Shown piece by piece: positions 1 through 12,753 of a stretch of 64,000 nucleotides of DNA. Position 1 is the first letter of the stretch; every line of letters starts with the position of its first letter. The translations under genes and the position numbers were made by a program. This DNA comes from Phallusia mammillata (lineage: Eukaryota). The stretch covers positions 14,384,001 through 14,448,000 of the forward strand of contig OZ281494.1 in assembly GCA_965637545.1 (NCBI GenBank). The letters run 5' to 3'. Below the pieces are notes generated by a model, which saw only the letters and a program-made list of their open reading frames with translations, did not search any database and was not told where the DNA came from.

Positions 1-158
1 GACTCGTTTGAGTTGATGATAACTATGTTCCGTGAATATTAGTATTGAAAAACTGGGGTCACTTTACTTAAAGTATAAAAGTCCTCATCTTAGCTTACAA
101 GATTACAGTATACAATGTTATGCTTTGCTAACAAAGCTCAAAACACAACATCTTGCAG

Positions 159-3100
159 ACGTTTACCGTATTGGATTCAGACGGCACAGCTTTAGAACTA
201 AACACCACCATTACTGGACTCACCTCAGGGTCTCTTTACACGGTGACTGTCACCCAATCTACTTCTGTTGGCATTGGTTTCGCGTCACCTATGTCAGAGA
301 TAACAAGACGTGAGTTGTTGGTTTCAACCTTGTATTGACTCACAATCATTTTTTTCCATGTTGAATTTAGCCGCTGCAACTGTGGCTGGAGCACAACCTA
401 ATGTTAGTGTTACTCAAAACCTTCTTGGCGCATCTGCTACTCAGGCATTTGCTATTGCGAATCCATGCAATAATGTGTCTGCGTTTTTCTCTCTTGCCTC
501 CGGGACAATCCTTGCTGTGGACGTGATTATAAGGGAATCAGGCTCTTCAGCCACGAGTAAGTTTTTCAATTTTAATATTCGTTGCATTCATTGTTTTTCC
601 TAAGACAAATTTCACAACAAAAACTCCAATTTGTGGAATTTTTTAAATAAATATATCAAGTAACTGTGTTACGGAATTATTTCGGGCCCGAACCCTGCAA
701 TAACGGCCCACCACCAAAGCCAAAGATGCCGCGCACTGGTTCAATTTTGGGCGGCGCAACTTTATTGAAACTATAAAATAAACAGCGATAAAAGTAGCTA
801 CGTTAAAATGAAACAACACGTGGCGACCTTTAACAAACCAACACCTCGCGTTACACGCGCCACCCAGAGAAAAAGTCTGTTTTACATAGCAGAAGCAGCT
901 TTTGCAAGTGCCTGATTGGTAAAGCAGCGCGTTCCAGGCCAATCAGCGCAATCCATGTAGCCCTATAGGTAAACGAAGGGAATGCTAACAACGTGCCACA
1001 AACCAAATAACACAAGAGAAAAGAAATGCGCGTGACGGTGCAAAATCAGGAAAACAAAGTGAACAAAACAACATAATTGTGCATGACCAAAATATTTGGT
1101 CACAACTGTTTATTTTTGTTTCTGACACTATGCTTGACAGATTTTTTTTTTTTTATGCCAATAAGCAACTAATCTTTCTTAACATTAATCTACGCGATTG
1201 CGGAACTACAGTTAATCTCTTTTCTGATCAATCTTAAAATGTCATTTACCATACCTTTGTTGCATAGACATAACCTACTGGGCTGAAGCATCTGTGTTGA
1301 CCCCAACACCTCAATACTATGCTGCTACAATTCCATGCCTTTCAGCATTTGGAAGAAAGAAGAGAAGGGTGTCTAATGACGAACAAATATTTGTGTGTGG
1401 TAAGCATTGTATGTGTTACACCATGATTTAAAGCAATACGTTAATTCAAAATCGTTTTGCCATCTATTCTGCTTGTGACAAGTCAATACGTGCGTGTGCT
1501 GATTTAAACATTTTTGTCATAGGTCACGACCAAACTTGTGACCCAGCGTTGGTCTCAACTATTTGCAATGGACCACTTGCACCAGGTCGATCGTACGAAG
1601 TTGCTTTTCGAGCTGACACCGGAGCTCCTGAAGGAAAATCCGATCTGACCGATTTCTCGCCCCCTGTTGCTACCGGTATTCTGTAATCGTTTTGATTATA
1701 ACGTAGCCGAGATTTATTATTTGCAGTACAACGAGTTTCGTAAAATATACCGTTGGTAATAAACATCTACATTTTGTTCTAACTTAGGGGTAGAAGGGAC
1801 CACACCGTTACCATCAACAAATGAGACAAATTCCACTTTAACGAGAACCTCAACAACAGAATCAATATTCAATTTAACAACCACAGTGCCAACATCAACT
1901 ACGATACAAACTACAGCAGCAACAGCAACGACCAGTTCAACCACTTTAGCAACTACAACAACTGAAGAATCGACCACATCTACTTCTCCCAACCAAGGTA
2001 TTTTTGTTTACCGATACTGATTGATTATGATTGTAAAAGCTTAATTTACATCAGACTAAATGCATGTAGCTAGAAAATTATTTTTCGTCGCAGTATTGCA
2101 GCCAGTACCAGGAGCAAGACCAAACATTGAAGTCAGCCAAGAACTTCCCGGGCGACTAAGGGAGCAAGCATTTGCTGTGCAAAACCCCTGTCTTTCACTC
2201 GATCGTTTGTTTGATGCAAGTGATGGTGATGAAACGAACGTAGAAATAGTTGTCAAAGAAGAAGATGTGAACCCGGAAGGTAGGCGTGCAGTGCTTTGTA
2301 AACTTGAGGTATAATAAACTATGGAAAGTATACTGCCCCGAGGCACAAATAAAGGCATCGGGTATGTCGCGATACTGCAAAAAAAGAACTCTTAAACGGT
2401 CTTAGTGGCTGAAATTTTGTCATCTTATAGTGTTAACATTTAGGGTTGTTTGTGGCGTTCAGTTAAGTTTGAATGTAGACAGCTATAAAACAGAAAGTAG
2501 GCCGGCACGAAATAGGTAGCAAACTTTACTTACGTGTGTACTCTTAATCTGTCTGATTTTAGGAGCGGAAATAGGTGTTTGGGCAACTGCTATTACTCAG
2601 GACCCGATTGGTCTCTACGTTGCTGCATCCGTGCCTTGCTCCTCATCGAAACGAAAACGCAGAAATCTCGACCCCGATGATGAACGCTTTGTCGTGGGTA
2701 AGTGTAAAAAATCTTTTCTGGATCAGTTAACCTTACATTCCCAGGTCTCACACATTAAAAAATTGCAACTAATAAGATGTGAAGCAACAATCAGCAAACA
2801 ATAGGATTTGCAACAATTTTTGTATAGGTATGGACCAGACGTGCGTAAGAGACAGACCGGAAGTGTGCAATGGACCTTTACCCCCAGATCGTTCATTTCA
2901 GGTTGCGATGCGTTCAAGAAACGAATTTGAAACATCCCAACTAACAGAATTTTCTGACCCAATTTCTACAATAGGTTCGTAATTGGTTTTAACCACCATA
3001 TCAACGAAAGCTTTAAACTTTCATTTTTAAGGTTGTGGACAATGCAATGACGGTACTGTTTGCAGAAGTGTTTCCCTTGAAGGCGATGAGCCAGAGTTAA

Positions 3101-6100
3101 TGTGTGTGTGTGAAGGATCCGAATGTTCAGATCGAAGCGGTAGGAAAACTTTAGTTAAGACTTATATATGCTACAACAAATAGGTCATGAGGCAAATATA
3201 TTTTTTGCCTTACATTTAAGTTTACTAAACAGCGATTTCAAGTCGTTTACGTTTCCCACAACGGGACATTTTTAAACTGATATCGTTTTTCTTAAGAACT
3301 GACCAACAAAATTACACTGACGTATTAGTACAATTAATACAAATATGTTAAAAATTCTTCCTTTGTTATCAAGGAAAGACACAGGCTACTCTATTTTATC
3401 TACAAATATGTCAATTAAATATTGCTATCTTATGTGCAGTTAGTTGTGTGGGAAGGAATATAAGCAAGGATGGCATGACTTTTCAGTTTTCTAACACCCT
3501 CGTGAACCTGATCGCGTATTCCACACAACGTTGCAATTTTACAGGTGTGTAATCTATTCCGTGACCTTAATTAAGGTTAAACAAAGTGTGTTGTCCAGGT
3601 CAACCATTAGCGTCTGTTCCCTGCATTGAAAATCAAACGCCAGATGGTGTTTTTGTGACAAACTTTGATATATCTTCCTTGGTTGTGATACCGTGTAGAG
3701 ATTTATCAATTCCGGACGTTGTACTAATGGTAAGGTTATATGCTGCAGATTCAGTCAAAAACGAGTAGATTCGTTGATATTTTGCCCTAAAACAATCCAT
3801 GATTTGTTCACACAGAACGACGTGGAAGTGATTACCGAAACTGAGCTAGAGCAGGTGTTGGTAGAACTTGACGTCAGAACTTCTGATGTCAACAACATCA
3901 ACGAAGAAGATGTCGCCTCCACTGTAGATTTCGTCGTATCCGTTGATTCAACTCCAAGAGCTGTGATGGCAAGTACTTTTTTATGTATTAGGATGCTGAA
4001 ATGGCATCTATGTAGTGTTTTTTGCAGAATCACGTGTGTACGCTTCACAAGTACAAGATGTGGTCGAAATAGATTCAAATCAAAACTAGAACTAAGTTTT
4101 ATAAAACTGTTTTCTTCAGATTACACCATTTTCGTACCGAAGCGTGATCGCCATAGGAGACCACGTAGGCAGTTTTCAGATGTCCAATCGGAGTACAGGG
4201 GTTGTTAATCAATCGGCTTTCATCGAATCACTAACTTCGCTAGCTTACCGTGTACCGGCGCTTTCAAACCAAACATTGGACGTCTTGACTCCAACTGTAG
4301 CGGCAAGAGTAAGTTTTTTGTGCAAACAATTAATAATCACCAAACAATCTCACACACAACAATACTTACCACAATGTTAATGCTGAAATAAAACATGAAA
4401 TCTTACACCATAATGTGTCAATGTCGATAACTTGTCATGTTATTTGCATCTAAAGGTGCAAGATATAACGGAACCGAATACATCTGTAACATACCAACCC
4501 GAGATATACAACGCAAGTGGCCAGTTATTCTCACCGGCATTTATTGAAGTGCCACAAGAAGCTGTTTTGCGTGGCCAATCACCCAGCAATGACGAACAAA
4601 GTGCTGTACAGTCTCGAACAACCGGTATTCAAGTAGTAAGAGTTGTATTCTTACTCCATAACTCGAGCATTCTTTTCCTTTCCAACGAAACTTCAAGTGT
4701 GGTAAGATATTTAGTCGGTGTGATTTTGACGCCAAACTTTGATTCAAACACGCCAAATTGTATCAGGTCATTTCGGCAAACGTAGAAGGAACTCGCGTGG
4801 AGGGTCTTACGAACTACGTAAACACGACGTACAACAACGAACCTTCAAGAGCAGGGTTTTCCCAGAACGACTCTTCAGTCAGTGTAAGCTCAACCTGTTT
4901 TGACCAACTTAATTTATTACCTTGCTCGTTGTTAAGTAACCAATGTCAAATTGAAGAGAAGACGTCTACTCAAGTTTCATTATTTCATATTGGAAACTCA
5001 TTCATAGCATTCTAAGAGATGTGACTTAAACCTCAAAGCTTTAACGTTAGGACAAAGTAAACTATTGCATATTTAGCCACCCACAAAGACGACTTTTACA
5101 TTACTAGGCCCAATTTGTAAATCAAACTTGCGTGTTTTGGAACTTTACAATCGATGATTGGTCAACTGAAGGATGCTGTCTTGTACCAGATACAGATCCA
5201 CCTCAATGTAGGTGCAACCATCTGACGAACTTTGCTCTTTTGGTGGTATGTATTTTTATTTATGATCTTCACTTAGGTCATTGCAACAACTAAGTTCTAA
5301 AAAGTGTGTGGTAGTTATTTTACCCATTAGTTTTAAAGCACATGCTGTTTGCAATGCCTTTGTATGACTGCTTTCAAAGCTTTGGCATAAAGAAGTAGTT
5401 AACTGTAATGAAAATGCTTTTCAGAGTATTTACGATGTATCTGCTCATGTCTCGCTGCGAATTGTCACATACGTTTGCGCGTCCCTTTCTATTATCAGTT
5501 TGTTGGCAACTGCGGGTATTCTGCTGGCTTCAAGGTAAATTTATTTGAAACAATATTTTTTATAGTAGAAATTTATTGTTGTTTTTTCAAAAAAACAAAA
5601 CATACAATTGACATGTCCAGACATTTTAATAACTTACTTACCACTTTACTTTCATTTTCAGTGAAATAAGGAAACGGATACCCATGAAAGTTCTAATAAT
5701 CCTTTGTGTCGTTCTTGCTATCGTCTATCTCATATTTATGGTTGGTATCGACAACCGAATGAACGAGCCCGGATGCATCGCCAGTGCCATATTGCTGCAT
5801 TATTTCCTTTTAAGTGCTTGGTGCTGGATGGCGGTGTACGCCAATGTTCTTTACATGGCTCTTGTCAAGGTAAAGAATCAAGTGTTACTTTTGAACGGCC
5901 ATCAACTCCAAATACTTAAATCTTGTGTGTAGGAATACTGAAAGATATGGCATGTTCCTCTATTTATCAATATCTTGTTGTTTGCACGATATGTTTAAAA
6001 ATCTCCCTTTGACAATATAATTTTTGTTCTTCAGGTTTTTGCAACATTTCAGGAGCATACTTTCAAACAAGCTTGTCTGTTTGCTTTTGGTGTTCCCGCA

Positions 6101-7948
6101 TTGATTGTTGCATTGAACGCTGGAATAACAGATGCCACCAAACCGGCATCAGTTGCTTCATCAGTATGTGAAGAGGGCATAAATCGCGGTAAACAAGTCA
6201 TTTTAAAATAAATAGCGCATAATTACACAACGTGATTTAAATTTATGGTTTGTCTAGCTACATCTTCCCCGTTTGCTGAAGCGTTTCTTGCTGAAAACAT
6301 GTGTTGGATCAAAGGCTACTCACTTTATTTCTCGTTCCTTCTCCCGGTGGGAGTAATTCTACTCTACAACATCGTGGTGTTCGTTTTGGTCATCAAATCC
6401 ATCACCGCTAGAAGGGTAAAAAATTTATACATCCGTGAAAAATCTTCTTTAAATTGAAATAGCATGTAAAGTCAGGAATGTGCGCACCCGGTAGTGCGCT
6501 GGCGCCCCACTTTAGAAATGGTGCGATTTCTGAAAACGCGTGGTATTGAACGCATGTATACCGCAAGGACACGTGTATCGACCAATACAGAAATTCACTT
6601 GCCACAAAGCACGTTTCAATCATGTACGAATACAATCAAACACATTTAATCAGAGTTTTGTGTGAAGAAAACATACACTCACAAAATGACATATATATGG
6701 AATCACTTGCATGCCAGTAGTAACGCTTACCATAGTTTTGGGCCAGGGTTAATAGACAACTAAAACGTTGAAGGACATTGACAAAGTAGATTTCACACAC
6801 ATAATATGCATACTGAATTATACGGTAAACTTTTAAGGACTGTTTACAACAGACTTTGCAAAACCAACTTTACCTTACCTATTCGTTTCACAGCAAAGTC
6901 TTATACGAAGCCTAATATCTGTTAATAAAAAAGACCCAAAACAGCAATTTAACGCACTGCATGTGGTAGCAACAAAACTCAATTTAAATTTTCCGAAAGC
7001 ACAGCAGAGAGAAAGAAAGTTCAGGGGGATTGTTATGTCAAAAGGCAGGTTGGCATTGTGGAACAAACAGGCCACACGTGATGTGACGCAGTTTTACGGT
7101 TGAGTGATTTACGATGTTACTAAGGACTATTACACAATTGTGCTACTAATAAGTGGGATTTGAAAATGCTAACCTGCCTTTGTAAACAAATAAAGAAATA
7201 TTATTCAACGCAGACACTGTTAAGAGTAACTTACCAAAATCTTCCTTGGACATTTTGCAGACACTGTTGCAAAGTAAAGTTAAGCATTTGCCAATTGCCA
7301 TGACAACCGGCGCCACACTTGGGTTGGTATGGATCCTTGCATTCTTTATGATGTTGGCTAACGATCCGGTTTATCTTACTATAATGTCATGGATATTCTC
7401 CATTGCATCGGCTACACAGGTAACTTTTTTTTAAATTGCAATTTACGTTGTTTCGTTTGTTAAAAATTTAAACTAGATTGATTGATTCATCGCTAGTTTG
7501 GGTTAAATGACTTTGGCGGAAACAGTTTTAATCAAAAATAAAATGCGAAAATATTTGCAATATAATTTTGCGATGAAAATAACAACCCAAACTTGTTTTT
7601 CCACATCACACATTAACAGTTTTACAACTTTACCTTTTATTATGAGTTTGAGTGCCCTTGTCACTATATGTTTTTCACCTATAAACGGTTCCGCCAAAAT
7701 TTGGGTAAAAAAGGTCTTCGTCTTTTTGTGGAACCCCGCTACAAACCAGTGTTTTACATTTAACCTCTCAGGGCATTCTTATCTTTTCCCTGACGTGTTT
7801 GCGGAAGGGTGACGTAAGAAACTCTTGGATTCCTGTTTTGTGCGAGTTTGTTCAATCATGTAACCGATCACAACCAGCGCACAACAAGGAACCAAGACGC
7901 ACTTTGCCGACTTTACAAACAAGCGACGGCTCTGCTTTGCCTATGTAA
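159..7948 (+). CDS. Adhesion GPCR paralog 1, 5' end outside window: FN3 - RPTP-juxtamembrane-like module - Thr-rich stalk - second RPTP-like module - EGF-like - HRM-like - GAIN/GPS - secretin-class 7TM
   Basis: Phase-consistent exons: 159-309, 371-556, 1268-1399, 1523-1675, 1788-1997, 2094-2279, 2563-2697, 2828-2974, 3032-3139, 3440-3544, 3599-3729, 3816-3968, 4120-4308, 4456-4701, 4767-4883, 5108-5245 (GPS: CVFWNFTIDDWSTEGC..CRCNHLTNFALLV), 5425-5534, 5662-5869 (TM3 HYFLLSAWCWM), 6035-6188, 6258-6415 (ECL2 CWI), 7261-7419, 7772-7948 (QGILIF...SALPM*). Exon-for-exon match to the paralog at 27551-33761. Confidence 0.92.
5108..5245 (+). other. GPS autoproteolysis motif exon of aGPCR-1 (HL|T, tethered-agonist-like TNFALLV)
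   Basis: Translation AQFVNQTCVFWNFTIDDWSTEGCCLVPDTDPPQCRCNHLTNFALLV matches the GPS consensus C-x2-W...W...GC...C-x-C-x-HLT-x-F. Confidence 0.95.
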
Positions 7949-8231
7949 CATAAAAAACATGCTTGCGGAAGGAAAAGCAAGCCAAGAAAGGCTAAATTAA
8001 TTTAGTGTAATTTGTAGGCATCCGAGTCCCAATGCTGCTTTTGTTGCTGCATATATATATTTCAAGTGGCATATAAGTTTGTAAATTGTGCTCTTGCTGC
8101 GGTTCTTGTTTTCCCTTATGCAGTAGTTAATGTAACATTGTACTACATGTCTGCTGATTATATACGTAGAAGCTTATCCTAAAATGTGATTACACATTCT
8201 GAAAATTGAGTGTTTGATTTATAGCTTATAT

Positions 8232-8427
8232 CAGTAGTTCTCAACTGTGCGTCGTTTCAATGTTCCAAGGGCGTCGCAAAATAATTACGTTCCGTAGCTT
8301 TTTGTTGTTGTATCAATAAACACAGCTTTAATAATAAGTTTCCTCATTAACTTTTATTTGCTGGTGCTTCGCAAGTCCAGAAAACTTTTCCAGGGGCGTC
8401 GCAGCAAAAAAAGTTTGAGAACCACTG
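8232..8427. mobile_element. hAT (Buster/Charlie-type) MITE
   Basis: TIRs CAGTAGTTCTCAA / TTGAGAACCACTG. Perfect 8-bp TSD GCTTATAT at 8224-8231 and 8428-8435. Confidence 0.88.
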
Positions 8428-9729
8428 GCTTATATTATTCTTGTACCGGATAGCCTTTATATGTGTGCATGTTAGTTTCGATTCAGATAAATTTACACCG
8501 ATTCCAAATGCTACATCTGCTGTTTGAATTTTCCCGTAGTCTTTCTGTATCCTGTTTTGACACTTCGTTATGGAAACAAAAATAGGAAATCTGTTTACAA
8601 TCTGTCTCTGTTTACTGAATATGACAAGAACGGCAACTTACAGCACACAATTATCTATCAAGTTAAACAAAGTTTGCACAATGTGATCGCAGTCTGCTTG
8701 CGATTCCGCCGTGCTGTACAGACAAGAAAAAGCTTATTACACCGATATTTTCGTAATCATCCACGCCTACACGCTCCAATAACAGAACATTCGTTCAATT
8801 TGTCCAAATGCACAACACTGTTTTTGATTATCGTACCAGATCTATAGGCAGTATCCCATCTTATTCCACTGCAATTTGCCTGATTTTTTTCGGCGTTGAA
8901 TTTCACAGACCCCATTCCTAAAGGCTACAAGTTAACCTCCGGCATCAACAATTAATCAACGAAAATGATTATCAAACTGCATTGCCATCAGCTTTTTTTC
9001 TTTTCTACACTACACCTAGTCAATTGCAACGGTCTGCATTTTTTCTCCTATTTTTCGGTAACATTGAAAGCAAAGGATTCAGTGTTTAACCTTAACTTGT
9101 GGATAAGTCTCGCATGCTCGATGACTGCTTTCCCAGTAACCGACTTACAGTGCAAACATGCTAATAATGGAGACCAAGTATGTGAGCTGCTGGAAACCGG
9201 TGCTGATCTGGAGGCAAAGTGGAGTTTGTGCAGGTTCGATTTAACTTATTCTTTCTCTTAGTTCTACTTCATAAATTTACAAATCAATACTCTTCTGTTC
9301 AATGCAACACATTGTGCTGATGTAACCGGAGATGTAACGAATATTCGGTTTGCCGAACTTATTCGGGCGAATCGACCATTCTTACAATATTTTGCTGCGA
9401 TTCGGCCGAAACCGAACCTTTTCAAACTACGCCATAACAGAAATCGCGTCAAGTATTATAATTTTTAATGCATTGTTGTTTTTCGCACTCCAGACAACAA
9501 ATCAGTAATTCATTGGCAGGCAGGCAATCATGTCTGAGGCAATGTTACACCCCACAGAACAAAAATGATGACAAAACACAGCTATACTACACTGTTTGCC
9601 TGGTAAAAAACTTATGTTTTCATGTCAACCGCGGAGCGTAGGACTTCGCGTGACGTCATAAAAGATTCGGTTGATTCGGCTAAATTTATTCGGCAAAACT
9701 GCCGAACATCGGTTTCGGCTTAACGGAAA

Positions 9730-9785
9730 GCATATTTCCAAAATGTAATCTGTTTCGCATATGGGGCTTTTTCAACCAATCACAG
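9730..9785 (+). repeat. Left TIR of MULE (contains an inward-facing CCAAT box)
   Basis: GCATATTTCCAAAATGTAATCTGTTTCGCATATGGGGCTTTTTCAACCAATCACAG is the reverse complement of 14661-14716 at 55/56 positions. Confidence 0.95.
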
Positions 9786-10128
9786 GTCTCCTCTTAACCG
9801 CCGCTTTACCAATCCAAACCAATCAGAGGACACCGTGCGTGACAACCAGGCGACTAACTGATTTTAAATTTTTCGCAAGAGTAGAAGTCCCAAATTTAAA
9901 TTTTTGGAAGCGTAGCTTGTTTTTTTATAATGATAATACTGATGGTGGAGGCTGCTTATGAGCGCATATTTATGTGGTTTATTTTGTGTTACTGTAGAAA
10001 CTGCTTTTAGGCGCAAAGTTATGTAGTTTTTTTTACTGAGTTGAGTATAAAATAAAACTGTATAAGTTGTTGTGTAAGGCAAATTATTAAACTTAACAGC
10101 TTTTTAAACGTAAAAACTTCAAATAAAA

Positions 10129-12620
10129 ATGGAAACACTACGGAACATTGAAGAACTTGGTGCACTGATTGTAACAAAAGGAACAGAGGAAATGGTTTTT
10201 AGATTAAAAATACATTCAACAGAAGAATGGGATAAGTGGCTTGAGTCTTTTTGTGAAATTTCTCACACTAGCTGGAATGTGTATCGAACATTTCCTAGGC
10301 CTAAAAGATATGTTTTTAGGAAAACTTTCAAGTGCCACCTCAACCAGTACCGCCAACATGAAACCAGTGCAAACAAATCCAACACTTTGTGCCCTGTGAC
10401 CATGAATGTTAAGATCAAACTTAACACCAAGTCAACTAAACAATCAGATAAGTTGGTTTCCACTCATCCGTGTATAGTAAGTGTGACAGGTAACCACAAT
10501 CATTTGCTTCAAGCTGCCGGAAACCTCGGTCAGCTAAAGATCAGTGAATCTACAAAACAGATTTTCTTTTTGTATTTTCAGCAGGGATTGTCTCCGTCTC
10601 AGGCAATGCAAACGCATAAGACCAAGTTGCTTGTAACAGATGGAATAAGTGCAGTTGCTAACAACTGTCTTAATCCAAAATCACGTTCGATCTACTATCT
10701 CTGGGATGAGTGGCGTAAGTCTAACTTCGGGGCATTTAGTGGTTTAAATTTGTTTTGTGCCATACAGAAGTATGCTAAAGAATCTGAAGCTAAGATCTGC
10801 CTAGAGCAATTTGAAGGATCTTATGTTTGTGCCATTGTGAGCCCGATCATGGAAAGAATCCATAAAATGATGATACAATCTTCTGAGATTGTATTTGTGG
10901 ATTCTACATCCAACCTTGATCAGACTAATGCCTCACTAACAGTCCTATTGTGTGGTAGTCCCATTGGGGCATTACAATTATGAGCTATAATATCCAGTGG
11001 GCAAGACCAACGGTGCTTCACAAAAGGTACATAACTTTTCTAAAAACATGGAAGTTTCCAGACTACATCCAACTTATAATCACATCATTTTAGGCCTTCA
11101 ACTGCTCAAAACCATGCTGGGGGAGTTTGGATTTCACTACACATGCTCACCAAAAGTCTTCATGACCGACGACTGTGCAGCTGAGACCAATGCTCTTCAT
11201 GAGGTATGGCCAGATTCCAGCCAACTTCTATGTATATTTCATGTCTTGCAGGCTGTGTGGAGATGGTTGTTTGCTGTCAAGAATGCCATTCATAAAGATT
11301 TAAGACCAACTCTTATGAAGGCATTTCAAAAGATCTTGTACAGTCAAACAGAGGAAGATTGTTTAAATCCACATTTTGACCTTACCAATTTGTGTGAGAG
11401 TCGACAGTGCCATTTGTTTTTGAGGTATTTAGAAGTTGCAATTTGCATAATATTAAGCAATAATTATAAGCCAGAAAATTATGTGTAATGTATGTTATGT
11501 ACAAAAAATGATTTGCTTTGCAGATACGTTGATCACTGGATGGCTAAAAAGGAGAAATGGTGTTTAGCATATCGCAATGGTTTATTGACTCGTGGGCAAA
11601 ACACAAACTACTGCTGCGAGTCAACCATCCGCATAATTAAGGACATTGTTTTCAACAGGTAAATAAAAAAGCATGATTAATGTTTGTTGTAAAAGTTTTG
11701 ACTCATTCGTGTTGTTTGTAGGTGTAAAGCCTACAATGCCTTCCAGTTGCTGCATTTCGTAACTGAAGTGTACAGCATATATTTTGTCAACCGCATTCTG
11801 AATGTGATTCTTAATCGAAAGAAAAAGATCACTTTAGAATCACCACCATTGGACGTGGATAAGATCAGTCCAACAGATACCCCAACACTTTTTACTGTCC
11901 GCAGTGAAAAGGATGTATCCTATGCGGTTGATGTTGCATGTGGCATGTGCATCTGTCCTGTTGGTGTCAGTGGAGATATGTGCGAACACCAGAAAAGCGT
12001 AATTCTCCATGGTCATCTCCATTCTGACCAGCTGTATCAGGGATCAGCATCTCAAAAACATATGTACGCAAGCGTTGCTGTGGGTCAGGAGCATGCACCA
12101 TATGTGGAATTCTTTGGTGAATTGGCATCCACATCCATACAAGATCATGGTAGCTGTTCAATTGCCATGGAAATTAATCCACCGAGCTCTTCGTCCAATA
12201 ATACTGCTGGGCCCTCACATCAAACAGTGACTGCATGTCCAGACTACACTACTGGGAGCATTTCTTTATTTGAAGAGTGTTCTGAGCTTTTTAAAGACCA
12301 AGCTCTCCAGTGACTTTCATTCGAAGGAAACTTATGAAGCACTAGAAAGATATAAGAACTCTATCTCTTCTGCTCGTTCTGTTGCACAACTAAGATCAGC
12401 ACTTCATTCCTTTGGAAGAAACTCAATTGGCAACCGCAATGCTGGGCGCAAAATCAAATGCCAACCCACTGCAATTGCACGTCGCCGATTGGGAATTAGT
12501 CGGACATCAGCACCGCTTGGAAAAGGTCGACCTCCATCTCAGCTGATTCGAAAAACCAAAAGGCCAAGACATCTTACTGCCAATATTAACAATAACCTCC
12601 CCAATGCCACTGGCCACTGA
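10129..12620 (+). pseudogene. MULE DDE transposase with WRKY/FAR1-like N-terminal region and SWIM zinc finger, disabled
   Basis: Exons 10129-11026, 11094-11424, 11524-11658, 11722-12620. Motifs FKCH...HNH, VFVDST (D1), FMTDD (D2), LLCIFH (CxxH), TNYCCES (E), CICPVG..CEH (SWIM). In-frame TGA at 10981-10983 and an apparent 1-nt frameshift in the T-run near 12288-12292. Confidence 0.88.
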
Positions 12621-12753
12621 AATAGACATTAAACATTTGACTTTGGTCTAATAACATTTGACTTTTATAAAAAAATATTGCAGGTATTTATTTGTATTAA
12701 TTTTGTGATTTTGTGACCTTTGTTTTTGTGACCATAGCCTATATGTCTGGATC

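Noticed and set aside
667-1000. Possible solo LTR in an aGPCR-1 intron (TGTTAC...GCCACA, minus-strand AATAAA, GC-richer than flanks)
   Set aside because: No convincing 4-6 bp TSD and no second copy in the window.
1717-1992. Val-rich minus-strand ORFs here and at 27210-27455
   Set aside because: Antisense shadows of the Thr-rich (ACN) mucin-stalk exons on the plus strand.
10981-10983. In-frame TGA in the transposase as selenocysteine or a variant genetic code
   Set aside because: The position corresponds to Gly rather than Cys/Trp, the element has other lesions, no SECIS is evident, and host genes (ALDH, LDLa-GPCR) use TGA as stop.
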